Below are positions 24,662 through 36,087 of a DNA stretch of 64,000 nucleotides, in pieces. Source of the DNA: Cirrosporium novae-zelandiae (lineage: Eukaryota). The translations under genes were made by a program, and so were the position numbers. Where the stretch lies: assembly GCA_026023565.1 (NCBI GenBank), contig JAPETS010000031.1:248001-312000 (forward strand), written 5' to 3'. How positions within the stretch are numbered: the first letter of the stretch is position 1; each line of letters starts with the position of its first letter. The notes under the pieces were generated by a model, which saw only the letters and a program-made list of their open reading frames with translations, did no database searches and was not told where the DNA came from.

Positions 24662-26534
24662 TCAAGCGGCAGAGGAATCCTTCTCAGTGTTTGCATTTCC
24701 ATGGGTCCTCGTGGCTCCAGTCGATGTTTCTGCCTTGTAGATCACGGCACTCACTGCAGCTGTCATTTTATCCTCAACGTTGGGTGCCCAGTAACTGATG
24801 ATAACGCCCAATCCGCTGAATGCGAGGGTGACCAAATAGACGGTGGAATATGCCTCTGCATTTGCTTCCTTATATGCCGCAGTTCCCGCAGCAATGACTC
24901 CAGAGCTAACCCCCTCCACAGCTTCGAGTGCAGCCGAGGAACCCGATGTTAATGCTGCAATAAAGCTCTCAACCGAGCTTGAAGGAAGACCGGCCTCGAC
25001 AACAGCCACAGGGACATCAGCGGCGATTGTGTCAGCGAGACGATTGCTAAGGACAGTTGTGAAGATTGCCGTGGCAACAGTCGATATGGCAGATCGAATT
25101 GAACTGGTGATGCCAACCGCTGTCCCAATATCGGCCTGGTCGTCAATAGCAATAGAGGCTAGAGTTAAGCAAAGCGATTCTGTCCACCCAAGTGAAAAAT
25201 TTCCAAGAATCAAGAGGGTTACGACCGTAGCTTTATTGTATGCATTGACACAGGCGACACCTAGAAGAGCCCTGTCAGACCCCTTCCGTTATATACTTCG
25301 TCACGAATAGCTTACCACCAATGAATGCAGCGCCGCAGGTCATCGAGACCATCAATTGATACCTTGTTTTGCCAATCAACGAGGCAAATATCCCAGCCGA
25401 TATTTGACCAAGGAGCATACTTCCACTGGATGCCGAGGAAAGCCAGCCATCATAGCTATCACTCTTGTGATATAGAGCACCAACTTGAGTCGGCCAGACA
25501 ATATAAAAAGCATAGTACATTGAGACACCAATGGAGAGCAAAAGGACTACCGTTACCCAACCAGTATTTTTGAAAAGATACATCGGTACGAGGGGTTCTT
25601 TTAATGGATACTTTAGTTCCCAAAAAGCAAAAAAAAACAAAAGTAATCCTCCAATAATGATGGTGGAAACAACCGCAGCAGACTTCCAGGCGTAAAGAAC
25701 CCCACCCCACGAGAGTCCTAGGAGAAGAAGCAAAAGTCCAGCGCTAAATGTGAAAAGACCAAGGTAGTCGAAGTTTTTGACCACCTCCATCTTTGAGCGC
25801 TTGTCTGTCGAATGTTTCATGGCAAAGGTTGGAGGGAAATAGAATATAAAGAATAAGATGATCGAGGAGGCATCAATGGCAATCATCAAATAATATATCC
25901 CTCTCCAGCCAACCGAAGTTTGGTGTACAAATGCATTTGATATCACCGGGCCGAGTCCGGTGAATGGAATCACAAGGCAGTAAATGTATCCCATAGAAAA
26001 AAAGCGCCAGTTGATTGGGACCAATTCGCATAGCACGTAAGGCCACGACACTTGAGCTGCCGATGCCAGACCAACCAAAGTATTGCCTCCAACAAGTGTT
26101 GGTACATTTTGAGCTGTAGCACAGATAATGGAGCCGACGAGAGCCAAACAGCCACTAGAAATAAAGAGCCATCGACGGCCGAAGAGATCGGAAAGACGTC
26201 CGAGGATTGTCTGTGCCACAGCCTGGGTGAGAAGATACACCAAGGACACCCAGGTAATATTCCCATTATCAGGCCCAATATCCTCGTTGATGTCGGTGAG
26301 GATAGAGGCAGCGAGAGAGAAGCCTCCAATTCCTGCCATAGCAGAGAGTCCTAAAGCCGCCACTGATCCGAGAAAGAAGGGTGAGGTAAAATAGCCTGGT
26401 GGGGGAACAAACACGTGGGTAAGATTTTCGCTGTCATGCTGGGAGACCTTTCCAGGGGTAGAATGTCCAGAGTCATTACATGAGTTAACGAGCTCTGCAG
26501 CCACCTTATCTTCGACCGGAGAATTATTCATCAT
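24662..26534 (-). CDS. MFS transporter, TRI12 (trichothecene efflux)/siderophore-transporter-like 14-TM family, 2 exons (26534-25316, 25260-24662)
   Basis: MFS motif A LGRLSDLFGRRW, plus GWRGIYY, FYFPPTF, GLSWGGVLYAWKSA, EPLVPMYLF and DQADIGTAVGITSSIRS. Confidence 0.88.
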
Positions 26535-27835
26535 AGAGAAAAATACAGAGAAATGTATAAACGAAGAATGTTATAGAGTGAACCGAATAGTAAAGAGATA
26601 TATAAACAATTATGCCTTTGCAGCTGGCTTATCTATAATAATCGATTGTCCATTCCATTGGATAACTCTCCACGTGGAGATCGATAGTGCATGCATATGT
26701 AAGTGAGTTCATGTCGATGCTAAAGCCCATTGACATATTTCATAACAGGATTGGTGCCGGGTGATCGGACTAAAGAGTTACATACTCGGCCTACAGTATT
26801 AGTATCATCTAAATATCTCTTCTAAGGCTCGGAGCAAGACCAAACCCCCAAAAGAACGTCAAATAGAATTCGTTTCGAGGCCGTGAAAATTGGAGCATGG
26901 GTTCAATCAATATACAAAGACTGAAAAATGAGGCAGAGGGACGGAATCCTCTCCCTCGCGCTTGATAATTCCTAATCCGTAAGGTGGAAACAGCCAGAAA
27001 ATCCGAAAGAATCATCACAGTAGGAATCAAGCGGTGAGGTTGGAGATTGCAGGTAATTGGAATATCAGAAAGGCTGTCTTAGCTCAATGGATAGTTTGCA
27101 TATTGCCATGCAAGATGAGGATCCATAGAGGTCCAGTAACTAGGACAATTGAGTAACAAGGGGTCTATTTGCCAAGGAGAGGAACGGATATGAAAGAAAT
27201 CAGATGAGTTTGGATGAAAATTGAGGTTGTTTCGTACTGCCCTGGAAGGTGAGATTAAAGTTTTCGAAGAACGGTAAAAAAATGAAGCCAAAGATTTTCA
27301 TACATGAAATAATGATTCATGTTGGCCACGAATTAGGAATTGTATAGGTGATAACGAGTCAGTGTTGTCTGACGACTGTCAGGTTTGAAATCGCGATTAC
27401 GGCGATACCGGTAAAAATGTTATTGGGTAGGGTTTGGAGCGTAGGATCTGTGAATAGTAATTTCAATACAATGGTAAATTTCGTCCTGTATTGGAATTTA
27501 TTAGCTTAGGTCCAAAATTACCGACCCCGGATTCATCGCTCAGGCACAGTTGTACCTTGTCATTAGCATACTATTAACGCCAAAATGTTCCATGCCAGGT
27601 ATGTCGGTAGTATCTTGCTAAACTGGAGGTTGCGTGGTCGGCAACAGAAATTGCTGAACGAGTCTGTATTTAGATTGGAATTTCCCTCTCTAATATCCCC
27701 TAACGCAGCACAGCGCCAGTCTATCCCAGTTCAATTGGCTACTTTGACTACTCAAGTCTCTCTATATTCGCCTCTTTCTCTGCTTTTGTGCTGCCAGCTT
27801 GAATTTCTTGAACATTCTCATCTTGGCTGTTGATC

Positions 27836-28658
27836 ATGCCTAGCATCGAGGAGACTCTTCGAGGGAAAGTCTACGCCATAACTGGTGGGAACTCTGGAAT
27901 GGGCTTTAGTGCTGCCAAAGAACTTGTCAGTCTTGGAGCAAAGGTTTCAATCGCGGGCCGCAATCCCAAGAAACTTGCGGCCGCATACGAGGAGTTGGTT
28001 GCTATCGCAGGCGAAACTTCCGTGTTAGCTACGAGAATGGATGTTTGTTCTACCGAGGAAGTCAACAACTGGATAGAGGAGACAGTAAAGAAGTTTGGTC
28101 GGCTTGACGGTGGTGTCAATGCTGCTGCGTTGCCTGCTCCACATATGGTCGAACTGGGACAGCTCGATGACTATACCTGGGATCAAGTCATCAATACCAA
28201 CCTCAAAGGGGTTATGAATGCAATGAGAGCCCAGTTGAATCATATGGAGTCTGGTGGTGCTATTGTGAATATTTCTAGCATTGCCAGTCATGTTGGATTG
28301 CCTCTGAATGCAGCGTACACAGCAAGTAAACACGGTGTGATCGGGTTGACCAAGGCTGTCGCAAAGGAATATGGACGGAAAGGTATCCGAATAAATGCGA
28401 TATCACCGTAAGTCATCACAATTAGCGTATTCACGAGGCCTAATACTAAATAATTATGATAGAGGGTTTTGTGAAACTCAGATGATGATCGATGCGGCGG
28501 CGGAATTAGGCACTAACATGCCAACACCGACTGAAACAATTCTACAAAGAAATTCACAACCTATTGAAATGACCCATCCCATTCTTTTCTTGTTATCACC
28601 ATGGTCATCCTATGTTGTAGGCGCCAATTACTATGTCGATGGTGGGTGGAACTGTTGA
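27836..28658 (+). CDS. Classical short-chain dehydrogenase/reductase (SDR), 2 exons (27836-28407, 28463-28658)
   Basis: TGGNSGMG Rossmann motif, IVNISS, catalytic YTASK, GIRINAISPG and VDGGW. Confidence 0.92.
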
Positions 28659-29136
28659 GGGATAGTTGCGCTTGTATCGGTGGTTGGCATCTCTGCATTA
28701 TCTTGTCATATAGTTAGCCGTGTCTATGTATTGATAAGGGGAAGGAAAGCAGGAAGTATAATAGCGATGTCTTGAACTGAGATTAAGCTGGCTAATGGCC
28801 TCTGGCTGATGAGCAGCGGCGTTTAGAATAGTAGTACTCTGGTACGTGGGTTAAGTTAGTTACCTCGGTACTTAATTATGTAATTAACATAAACGGTATT
28901 ACGGTGCATAAGAAATTATTAAAGTTATTCAATCATCATAAAGGCAAACAACTTTCACTCTCGACAACAATTCATCATCGTTAACTTTTGATTTTCATGT
29001 TTGTTATTCACCCTTTCAGATAATTACTGAGTAAACTATAATTGATACAAGACCAATCAAGATTATTTTTAACCGCGAAACCAAAATTGCCATCCGAAAA
29101 CTCTTGACGCTTAAGATAAAAACTGTCCATCAAGTT

Positions 29137-30473
29137 TCAAAGCCATATACCAGAAGATGGCACTAGATCTTCTAACACAGAAGCAGCTGCATAATGGCCA
29201 CTGATCATAGCCGCAATAATGCCGCGAAATAGCCCACAAGCATCTCCAGCAACCCAGGCTGGAACGTCCAACAGTCGCAAATCGCCGTCCACATTTGGAT
29301 ACCATCCTACTCCCTCTAAAGTAGGACCGATGAGACGTGCGCATTTATCGGTACCAAGATCTAAGAATATCTTAGAAAAACGTGAAAGCCCACGTGCCAT
29401 AGCATTCCTCAACTCTGGTCCATAAACCTTGTCAAATTTCGCAACAGCCGTAGGTTCTTCGTTGAGCAGATCAGCCATTGGAATTTCGAAATAAGAATTT
29501 GGGCTAGCCATGGATTTGAGGGCCGGAGTAATAGCTTTGGCAGCAAGAGACTTATCCAGAATTCGGGTGTTAAATCCAGAATTCGATCGACCAGTTGGCG
29601 GACAGTCCGATCGTCCTGACACTGTCCAAAGGCCTCCAGTTTCAGTGAGAACAGCTTCTCCTTGACGACAGACGCAAAAGGTGCGCCATTCTACATTACC
29701 ATCAGCCTCTCTAAAGCGAAGCTTAGGATCGAGAAGCTCCATGTTTCGGAAGAAAGCTTGATCACTTGACTGTTCGACTCGAAAGCCTACTTCGAGCCTC
29801 CGGAAGGAATGATGTTTAGTGAGATCCATCATACTTTTGGAGAGCGGTCCGAAACGACCTGTAGCCATAATAAGCCGGCGGCATAGCAGGACCTCTTTTG
29901 AGTTTTGGTGGAGAGTCTTCAGTGTAAATATATCGGAACAGGAATCATATGTGATGCTCTCAACCTGATGTTCATCATAAATTTGGCCGTCGATATGAGC
30001 AACCATATTACCAACCAAAGACAACCGTGCGGTCAATGAGAGATAATCGGATGGGTAAGCCTTCAGAACCCAGTCCTTTTTTACATCATAAGAGTATGCT
30101 GTGGGGTGGTTTGGGAATGGAGGAGTGTCGAGTCCAGCTGCACCAAGGATGTCACACGTCCAGGTATAAGCTGCTCTGAGGTCACTCTCTCGGGGCAATG
30201 TCCAAAGATCAGAGGCGGATGGGAAAAATGAAAACTTTCCATCTGAAAAGAGTCCAGCCCCGCCGTACCCGCTTGTAGCATCAGATGGAGAGTATCGATT
30301 CCGTTTATAAACGGACTTTCCTGAATCAATTATCGCAATCCTGAGACCAGAATTCTCCAACCGTGCGGCAGCGGCGAGGCCTGTTTGAGGTTCATTTCAG
30401 ACCGGTTCAACTATTTGGGATACTAACCTGCAGGGCCCATGCCTATAATGATAACATCGAAAACTTCCTTCAT
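29137..30473 (-). CDS. FAD-dependent oxidoreductase resembling the prokaryotic uncharacterised COG2509-type dehydrogenases, 2 exons (30473-30428, 30380-29137), about 429 aa
   Basis: A 47-nt GT..AG intron restores the FAD-binding motif MKEVFDVIIIGMGPAGLAAAARL. Further motifs GYGGAGLFSDGK, MATGRFG, EVGFRVE, RTFCVCRQG, SNSGF and VAGDACGLFRGIIAAMISG. Confidence 0.8.
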
Positions 30474-31189
30474 GATGCAACAATATGATTTTGGATGGCA
30501 GTAACAAGCACAGCCGTGATGGTATGAATAATTAAATTCTTATATGACTTTTTTTCGTGCTAGCCCTTGGAATGATGAATTGAGAAGCTTGCAATTAGGG
30601 ATCATCTTTGGACAGAAAGACTCTTTAAATATTTTTTCATGGCCGCGCCTTTTTGTTGAAGAACAATCCAGACTCGTTTGCTAGCCAAAAATCCCTTCCC
30701 TCAGATGAGGTCAGTTGACTGCTATCGCTGTCCTCATCACGATCCCCTTCAAACCAATACGTGAATATTCGAAAAAATCGACGATCTAATGAATTAGAAT
30801 TACGGCTGAACGAGATTTAGATGTTCTAGATCCATGATAATTATGATCTCCACCTTCTTATCAATTCACTTCTCACACTACCGGAGCGATGATGCCTTTT
30901 TCTCTATCTTGTCTCGGGATCGCCCAAGGATTTATTAAACCAGAAATGAAGTAGAGAGGTTTATTTTTTGGGCTTGCTGAGCTAAGCTTAGAATTCCCAA
31001 GATCATCTCCTTGTTCGTGTTCAAAAACTAAACATATCGAGAATGGAAATTCTACGCCGTGGCTCATATTATGTGTAAGCTTGGCAGCCACAACCTCTAC
31101 CGGAAGCAACATTTGTCGTTAACACTTTCATCTATTGACTCGTATGGAGGCGAATTAAGCATAATTGGCGTTTGAGAGCTGTGAAATGG

Positions 31190-31722
31190 ATCGGATGCAG
31201 GCTGACCCTCAAAAAGGCGAAAAAAGCCTTTTCTTTTCCGTGTCCCCATCCGTGCGTCTCTGCATGCCGAACCACGATTGGGCCTGCTCCAAGTCACCCA
31301 TGACCACCCTTGACACTTTTGGCTCCATGGTCTATCGTTGTCTTGTATTTCAGTGTTTGCTGCATACTGGCTGCAAAAAAAGCAAATTACCTACCTTAAG
31401 CCACGCTTTTTCCCCTTCAAAGGTGCATCCAACAAAAATTGCCACATAGTGTTTGCTCTCGGCTTCCATAACATCGTTTGTAACTGCCATGAGACAGCAA
31501 TTGCCAATAGTAAGACCCGTCTCTTTCAACATTTCCCGCTTAGCACAACACTAAATGACACCCCAAACTGGAAATGACCACTCGGGGGAGTCCATGTTCC
31601 TTGTGTCATGGCAAGAACATGGTTCAATCAGTGGTGGGTTTACGTACCTTCGCCCTTTCGGAGCCCGACAAGAAACCTCCCTTCATGCAGTATCAATGCT
31701 CCTATACCAACTTTGGATCCAT
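31190..31722 (-). pseudogene. Nudix hydrolase pseudogene, NUDT15/MTH2-like (3' boundary approximate)
   Basis: Manual translation across 2 introns and about 4 frameshifts: MDP/KVGIGALILHEGRFLVGLRKGEG|TWTSPSGHFQFGVSF/xCCAKREMLKETGL..AVTNDVMEAESKHYVAIFV..K|TMEP/KCQGWSWVTW/EQ...KRLFSPF. The Nudix box is degraded relative to the GGHLEFGESFEECAxREVxEETG consensus. Confidence 0.8.
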
Positions 31723-32240
31723 GAGGCCTGAATTAAAACTAAAGTTGATCGTGCGTTTGCAGAGTTCTGATTGTTGAATTATCTTTCAGGTTTGTCGGAG
31801 TGAACGTGGAGAAGCATAGTCCTTGAATAACAGTGAAGTTTTAAATCCCTCAGGGGATGATTCCTTGATAGGCAGTTTGCCACTGCGGGCCACAAACGAT
31901 GATATACACTAATAAATACATTTCAATTTGGGGTTATATACCTATATTGTGAAAGAGTGGTTTTGGGCATATCTCGGAGCAATTTTGCTATCCGGATAAA
32001 AGGATAGGTACTGAAAGTGTTGGGGTTTAGGAAACTAGGTACTCGAAACCTACCATCCGGATAATAGATATTGTAACTATTAAAACGTGTCAGAAATAGC
32101 GATCAAAAATTCTCCCTCGCTACCACAGGACTTCTCTCCTAAGCCCACAGCTGGATTCTTATGTTCAACATAGCCTTTCGCAATATATGGATTTATTTTT
32201 TCAAACGTCTCATTTGAAATTTTGTTTCTCTGTAGGAACA

Positions 32241-33820
32241 ATGACAACCTCTGCTTGTATCACTGAAAAGATCAGAGACACTGACATCCCCATTGACAAA
32301 GAAGTTGATTCTACTACGGAAATAACGCCTATTTCGTACACCTTATTCTCTCGCGGTCAACGAATTATCATTATATCACTTGTCAGCTTCACTGGTCTTC
32401 TCAGTCCCCTAAGCTCTACGCTCTACACTCCCGCGATACCAAAAATCGCAAAAGAACTCAACGTCTCGATATCTGCAGTCAACTCCACCATAACGTCTTA
32501 TCTCATTTTTCAAGGAATTACGCCAACAATATGGGGCTCTATTGGAGATAGCCTTGGACGTCGTCGGCTCTATGTTACTACGCTATCAGTATACGTAGCT
32601 GCATGTATTGGATTAAGCATTAGCAATTCATATGCGGCTGTTCTTGTCCTTCGTGCATTACAAGCAACAGGCTCAGCACCCGTAAGTGCGCTAGGTGCCG
32701 GTATTATTGCTGATATTATTCATATCAGCGAGCGTGGAAAGTTTGTAGGGATGTATAGCGCTCTAGGTGGTTTGGGAACAGCATTCGGTCCTGTGTTGGG
32801 TGGAATTTTTGCTCAATACACAGGCTGGCATGGCATATTCTTTTTTTTACTGGCTTTATCAGCCGCCACCTTGATTCTGCTTGTCCTCGTTCTTCCCGAA
32901 ACGCTACGTTCTATCGTTGGTAATGGCAGCACCATACCCTCCAGATATCTTCAGCCACCTTTGCCCTGTCTTCGACCACCAATATCACATCAACCCAGCC
33001 CACTTCCACCAAAACGGAAGGTGGATCTCTTGGGAACATTCCGAGTGATGAAAGAGCCTGACATCATTTGTAGTCTTGTCTTTACTGGAATATGTTTTAC
33101 TGTGTGGCAGATGTGTATGGTTGCAACGTCGACGCTATATGCTGAAAGATATGAACTGAATGAATTGAAAATTGGTCTAACCTACATATCCAATGGCATA
33201 GGTTCTCTTTGTGCAAGTATAACGACGGGAAAAATCCTTGATTATGATTACAAGCGCCAACTTCGGCGCGAATCTGCCGACATGTCGATGGTTTCAGACA
33301 AAGTCGTCATGATTGAGCGTGCACGTATACGCTCTCTTCGAATACCTACACCTCTCTTCATCGCATCCACCATTGCTTTTGGTTGGGTCATCCAATCGCA
33401 TTGCCACATTTCTATATCCATAATTCTCTCGTTCTTCGTTGGGGGCTTCGACACATGTATCCTCGCAACGTTCTGTGAGTCTGACCCTTTCCAAGTTTAT
33501 TATCTAATCCCCAACTAAATCATCCTAATTCTCTAGCAACGCTCATCATCGATCTTTTTGAAAATCAATCGTCAACCGCAACTGCAAGTCTCAATCTCAT
33601 ACGGTGTCTCTTCGCAGCAGGAGGCGCATCTGCCATCCAGCCTTTGATCGAATGCGTTGATGTTGGATGGGCTTTCACTATCCTCGGCTTCATTTGTATT
33701 CTTGCATCTCCTACTGTTCTAGCAGAATATCGGTATGGCAGTCAATGGCGGGCAAAGAGACAACGCAGAATTGATGCAAGCCAAGGATGGGGGACAGGAT
33801 CATCGATGGGAGCGTTATAG
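32241..33820 (+). CDS. MFS drug:H+ antiporter (DHA1, Qdr/Dtr1-like), 2 exons (32241-33474, 33537-33820)
   Basis: SPLSSTLYTPAIP, GSIGDSLGRRRLY, ERGKFVG, GPVLGGIFAQYTGWHGIF, LPETLRSIVGNG. Exon 2 reads STLIIDLFENQSSTATASLNLIRCLFAA. Confidence 0.9.
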
Positions 33821-34682
33821 AGCTTCTTTCCAAGAGATCTGAAAGGGCACAAGCGACTGGAAGAGAATTGAACTTGAAATATAGAAGACCTCAGACTCAG
33901 AAGGAAGCTTGTTCAAAGCAACAGAATGCATGATTCTTAGGGTCAGTGTCGCACGAATTTTCATACGGGCTTAATAAACTAAAGACATGTCGACTCCTTA
34001 ATAGCTGCATCAGCCTGGCATGTAAATTTCTGCCATCACCCCTATGACTCGAAATTCCTTTACAGACGAAGTTGTCCACAGTTAGCTTCAACATGTTCGG
34101 TCTACTCCTGATGACTGTGCTATCAACCTCTTCCATCCATAGTTCGAGACGTTTATGTTATGGTTTAGGGATATTGGGTAATGAAGGACACTGGGCCAAG
34201 GAAGGTGATTCCTCCGATACTATGCGATACCACTCGACACTATTGCACATCTCTTGAGAAACCGCGTATGTTCGTGGGATGATGCTCAAAGAAGCGTAGA
34301 ACCTTGGCACATTGATTGGTGCGGGTATGACCCGGCAACCGGTGAACGGGAGCTCCCGCTACACCCGTACCGGCTTTATCAACTTGCTACAAAGTACAAA
34401 GTACAAGTAGAATACTTGGTAAGTTACAATTACCAATCGCTTTATTTTGTTATTCTCCATTAACGACAGAAGCATCCTACCGAGATGCCCTTACTTCATT
34501 CATGTTGAATCAAAAAGTAAAATAATCACGGTCATATAATTGAATCTTAGGGTTGAACTACTTTATCGAGTATCGATGCTAGCACATTAAATCATGGAGC
34601 CCTTAAATCATCATACTTCTTTCTCTGAATTTATCATGATAAGACTCTGTGAATCTACATCACGGAAGGCAGCAACTAAATC

Positions 34683-36087
34683 ATGGCCTCTTTTTACTCT
34701 CGGTCTGCTTTATCAATCAAAGTTGGCTCTTTTAACGATTTCGATCAGATTTATGACTCCAAAAATCAGTTCACTCTCTCCTCCCTTTTAGGATTCAATG
34801 CACATTACTCACATCTCTTGTTTCAGGGGATCTTTAACCACCTCCCTAAAATCGAGTATCTTCAACTATCAATACGAGAATGGCCGGTACTATCATGCTT
34901 ACCATGTGGGGAGTATGGCAGCGAACAGCAACATTGTAAATTAATTTTTTTCTTTTAATCGAGGATGAAGACTACACCCTCCCTAACGACGACTGAGAGG
35001 TCGAGGGCCTTGATATTCACCATCATCTCATGGTTCTTATTTTGGGAGGAAAGTAGTATCTTGCCCCTCTAGATAGTCCACAAAGGATTCTGGATATTGG
35101 AACGGGAACGGGGATTTGAGTTATTGAGATGGGTTAGTTTTCTATTTGCTCGAGAGTACTCCGACCGTGCGACTGACGTATGATAAAGGTGATGAATACC
35201 TATCTGCATAGGTATGCAGCTACTAGTCGGTCCTTGACAATTCCATTATTTCTGACGCCGGATCCAGGTTCTCGGCAACGACATTTCACCTATTCAGCGA
35301 TCATTGTATCTTCCCGAGCTTCTTCATCTCTTGTCTTTCACTAACGGCATATGAGTGTCCCTCCAAACGTCTCGTTTGAAGTGGACGATGTTGAAGACCC
35401 ATGGATGTTCAACACCCCTCTTGACTACATCCACTGTCGCTAGTAATATTTGACTTGCTTCTCAAACATTTCAGTCGCTAACCTTCTTATTATGCCTAGC
35501 TGCATTGTAGACTGGCCCCTCTTATTGAGATGATACTACGAGAACACCAAACTAGGATGCATCATAGAATTCATGGGCTGGGATTTCAACGTCTACAGTT
35601 CCGACGGGACATTGACCCGGCTACGCCTTTACCCGCCTACACACTCATCATTTAAGCTTGTGACATTCTCGGTTGCAAGTGCAATCCCGCGCCTGAGTTC
35701 GAGAGCTGGTTTCGTGACGACAAGTTTGTAGACGTCAAACACGAAGTGATCAAGACTCCGTATGGTCGTGGCCAAAAGATAAACAGCTCAAGGAAATAGC
35801 TATATGGAATCGACTGCAGTTTGAGGAGGGGATCGAAGGGTTCGTGATAGCGCCCCTTAAAAGGGGACTCGGCTGGTGCGAAGAAGAAATAAGAGCTTTT
35901 TCGGTGGATATTAGGAAAGATGCTAATGATCCGAACTTGCATCCTCATCTTGATCTATGAGTTGACACTTTTGCATGCATACCCTCCTATTTTCTTCCGT
36001 TCTTGTTCATTTTCAATACCCTTGAATACTCTTGATTGTCAGATGCCATCCATGCACGTGGTCTACGGAACAATGCCGATGGATTAG
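34683..36087 (+). pseudogene. LaeA/TdiE-like SAM-dependent methyltransferase pseudogene (multi-intron, multiple in-frame stops; 5' start uncertain)
   Basis: Manual translation: TSLKSSIFNYQYENGRYYHAY|YTLPNDD*EVEGLDIHHH..GGK*YLAPLDSPQRILDIGTGTGI*VIEM|GDEYLSA*|VLGNDISPIQ|VPPNVSFEVDDVEDPW..DYIHCR. This is the canonical family sequence interrupted by TGA/TAG stops. Confidence 0.88.

Noticed and set aside
29137..30473. Bacterial contamination as the source of the COG2509-like gene
   Set aside because: It has a canonical spliceosomal intron and is contiguous with typical fungal genes.
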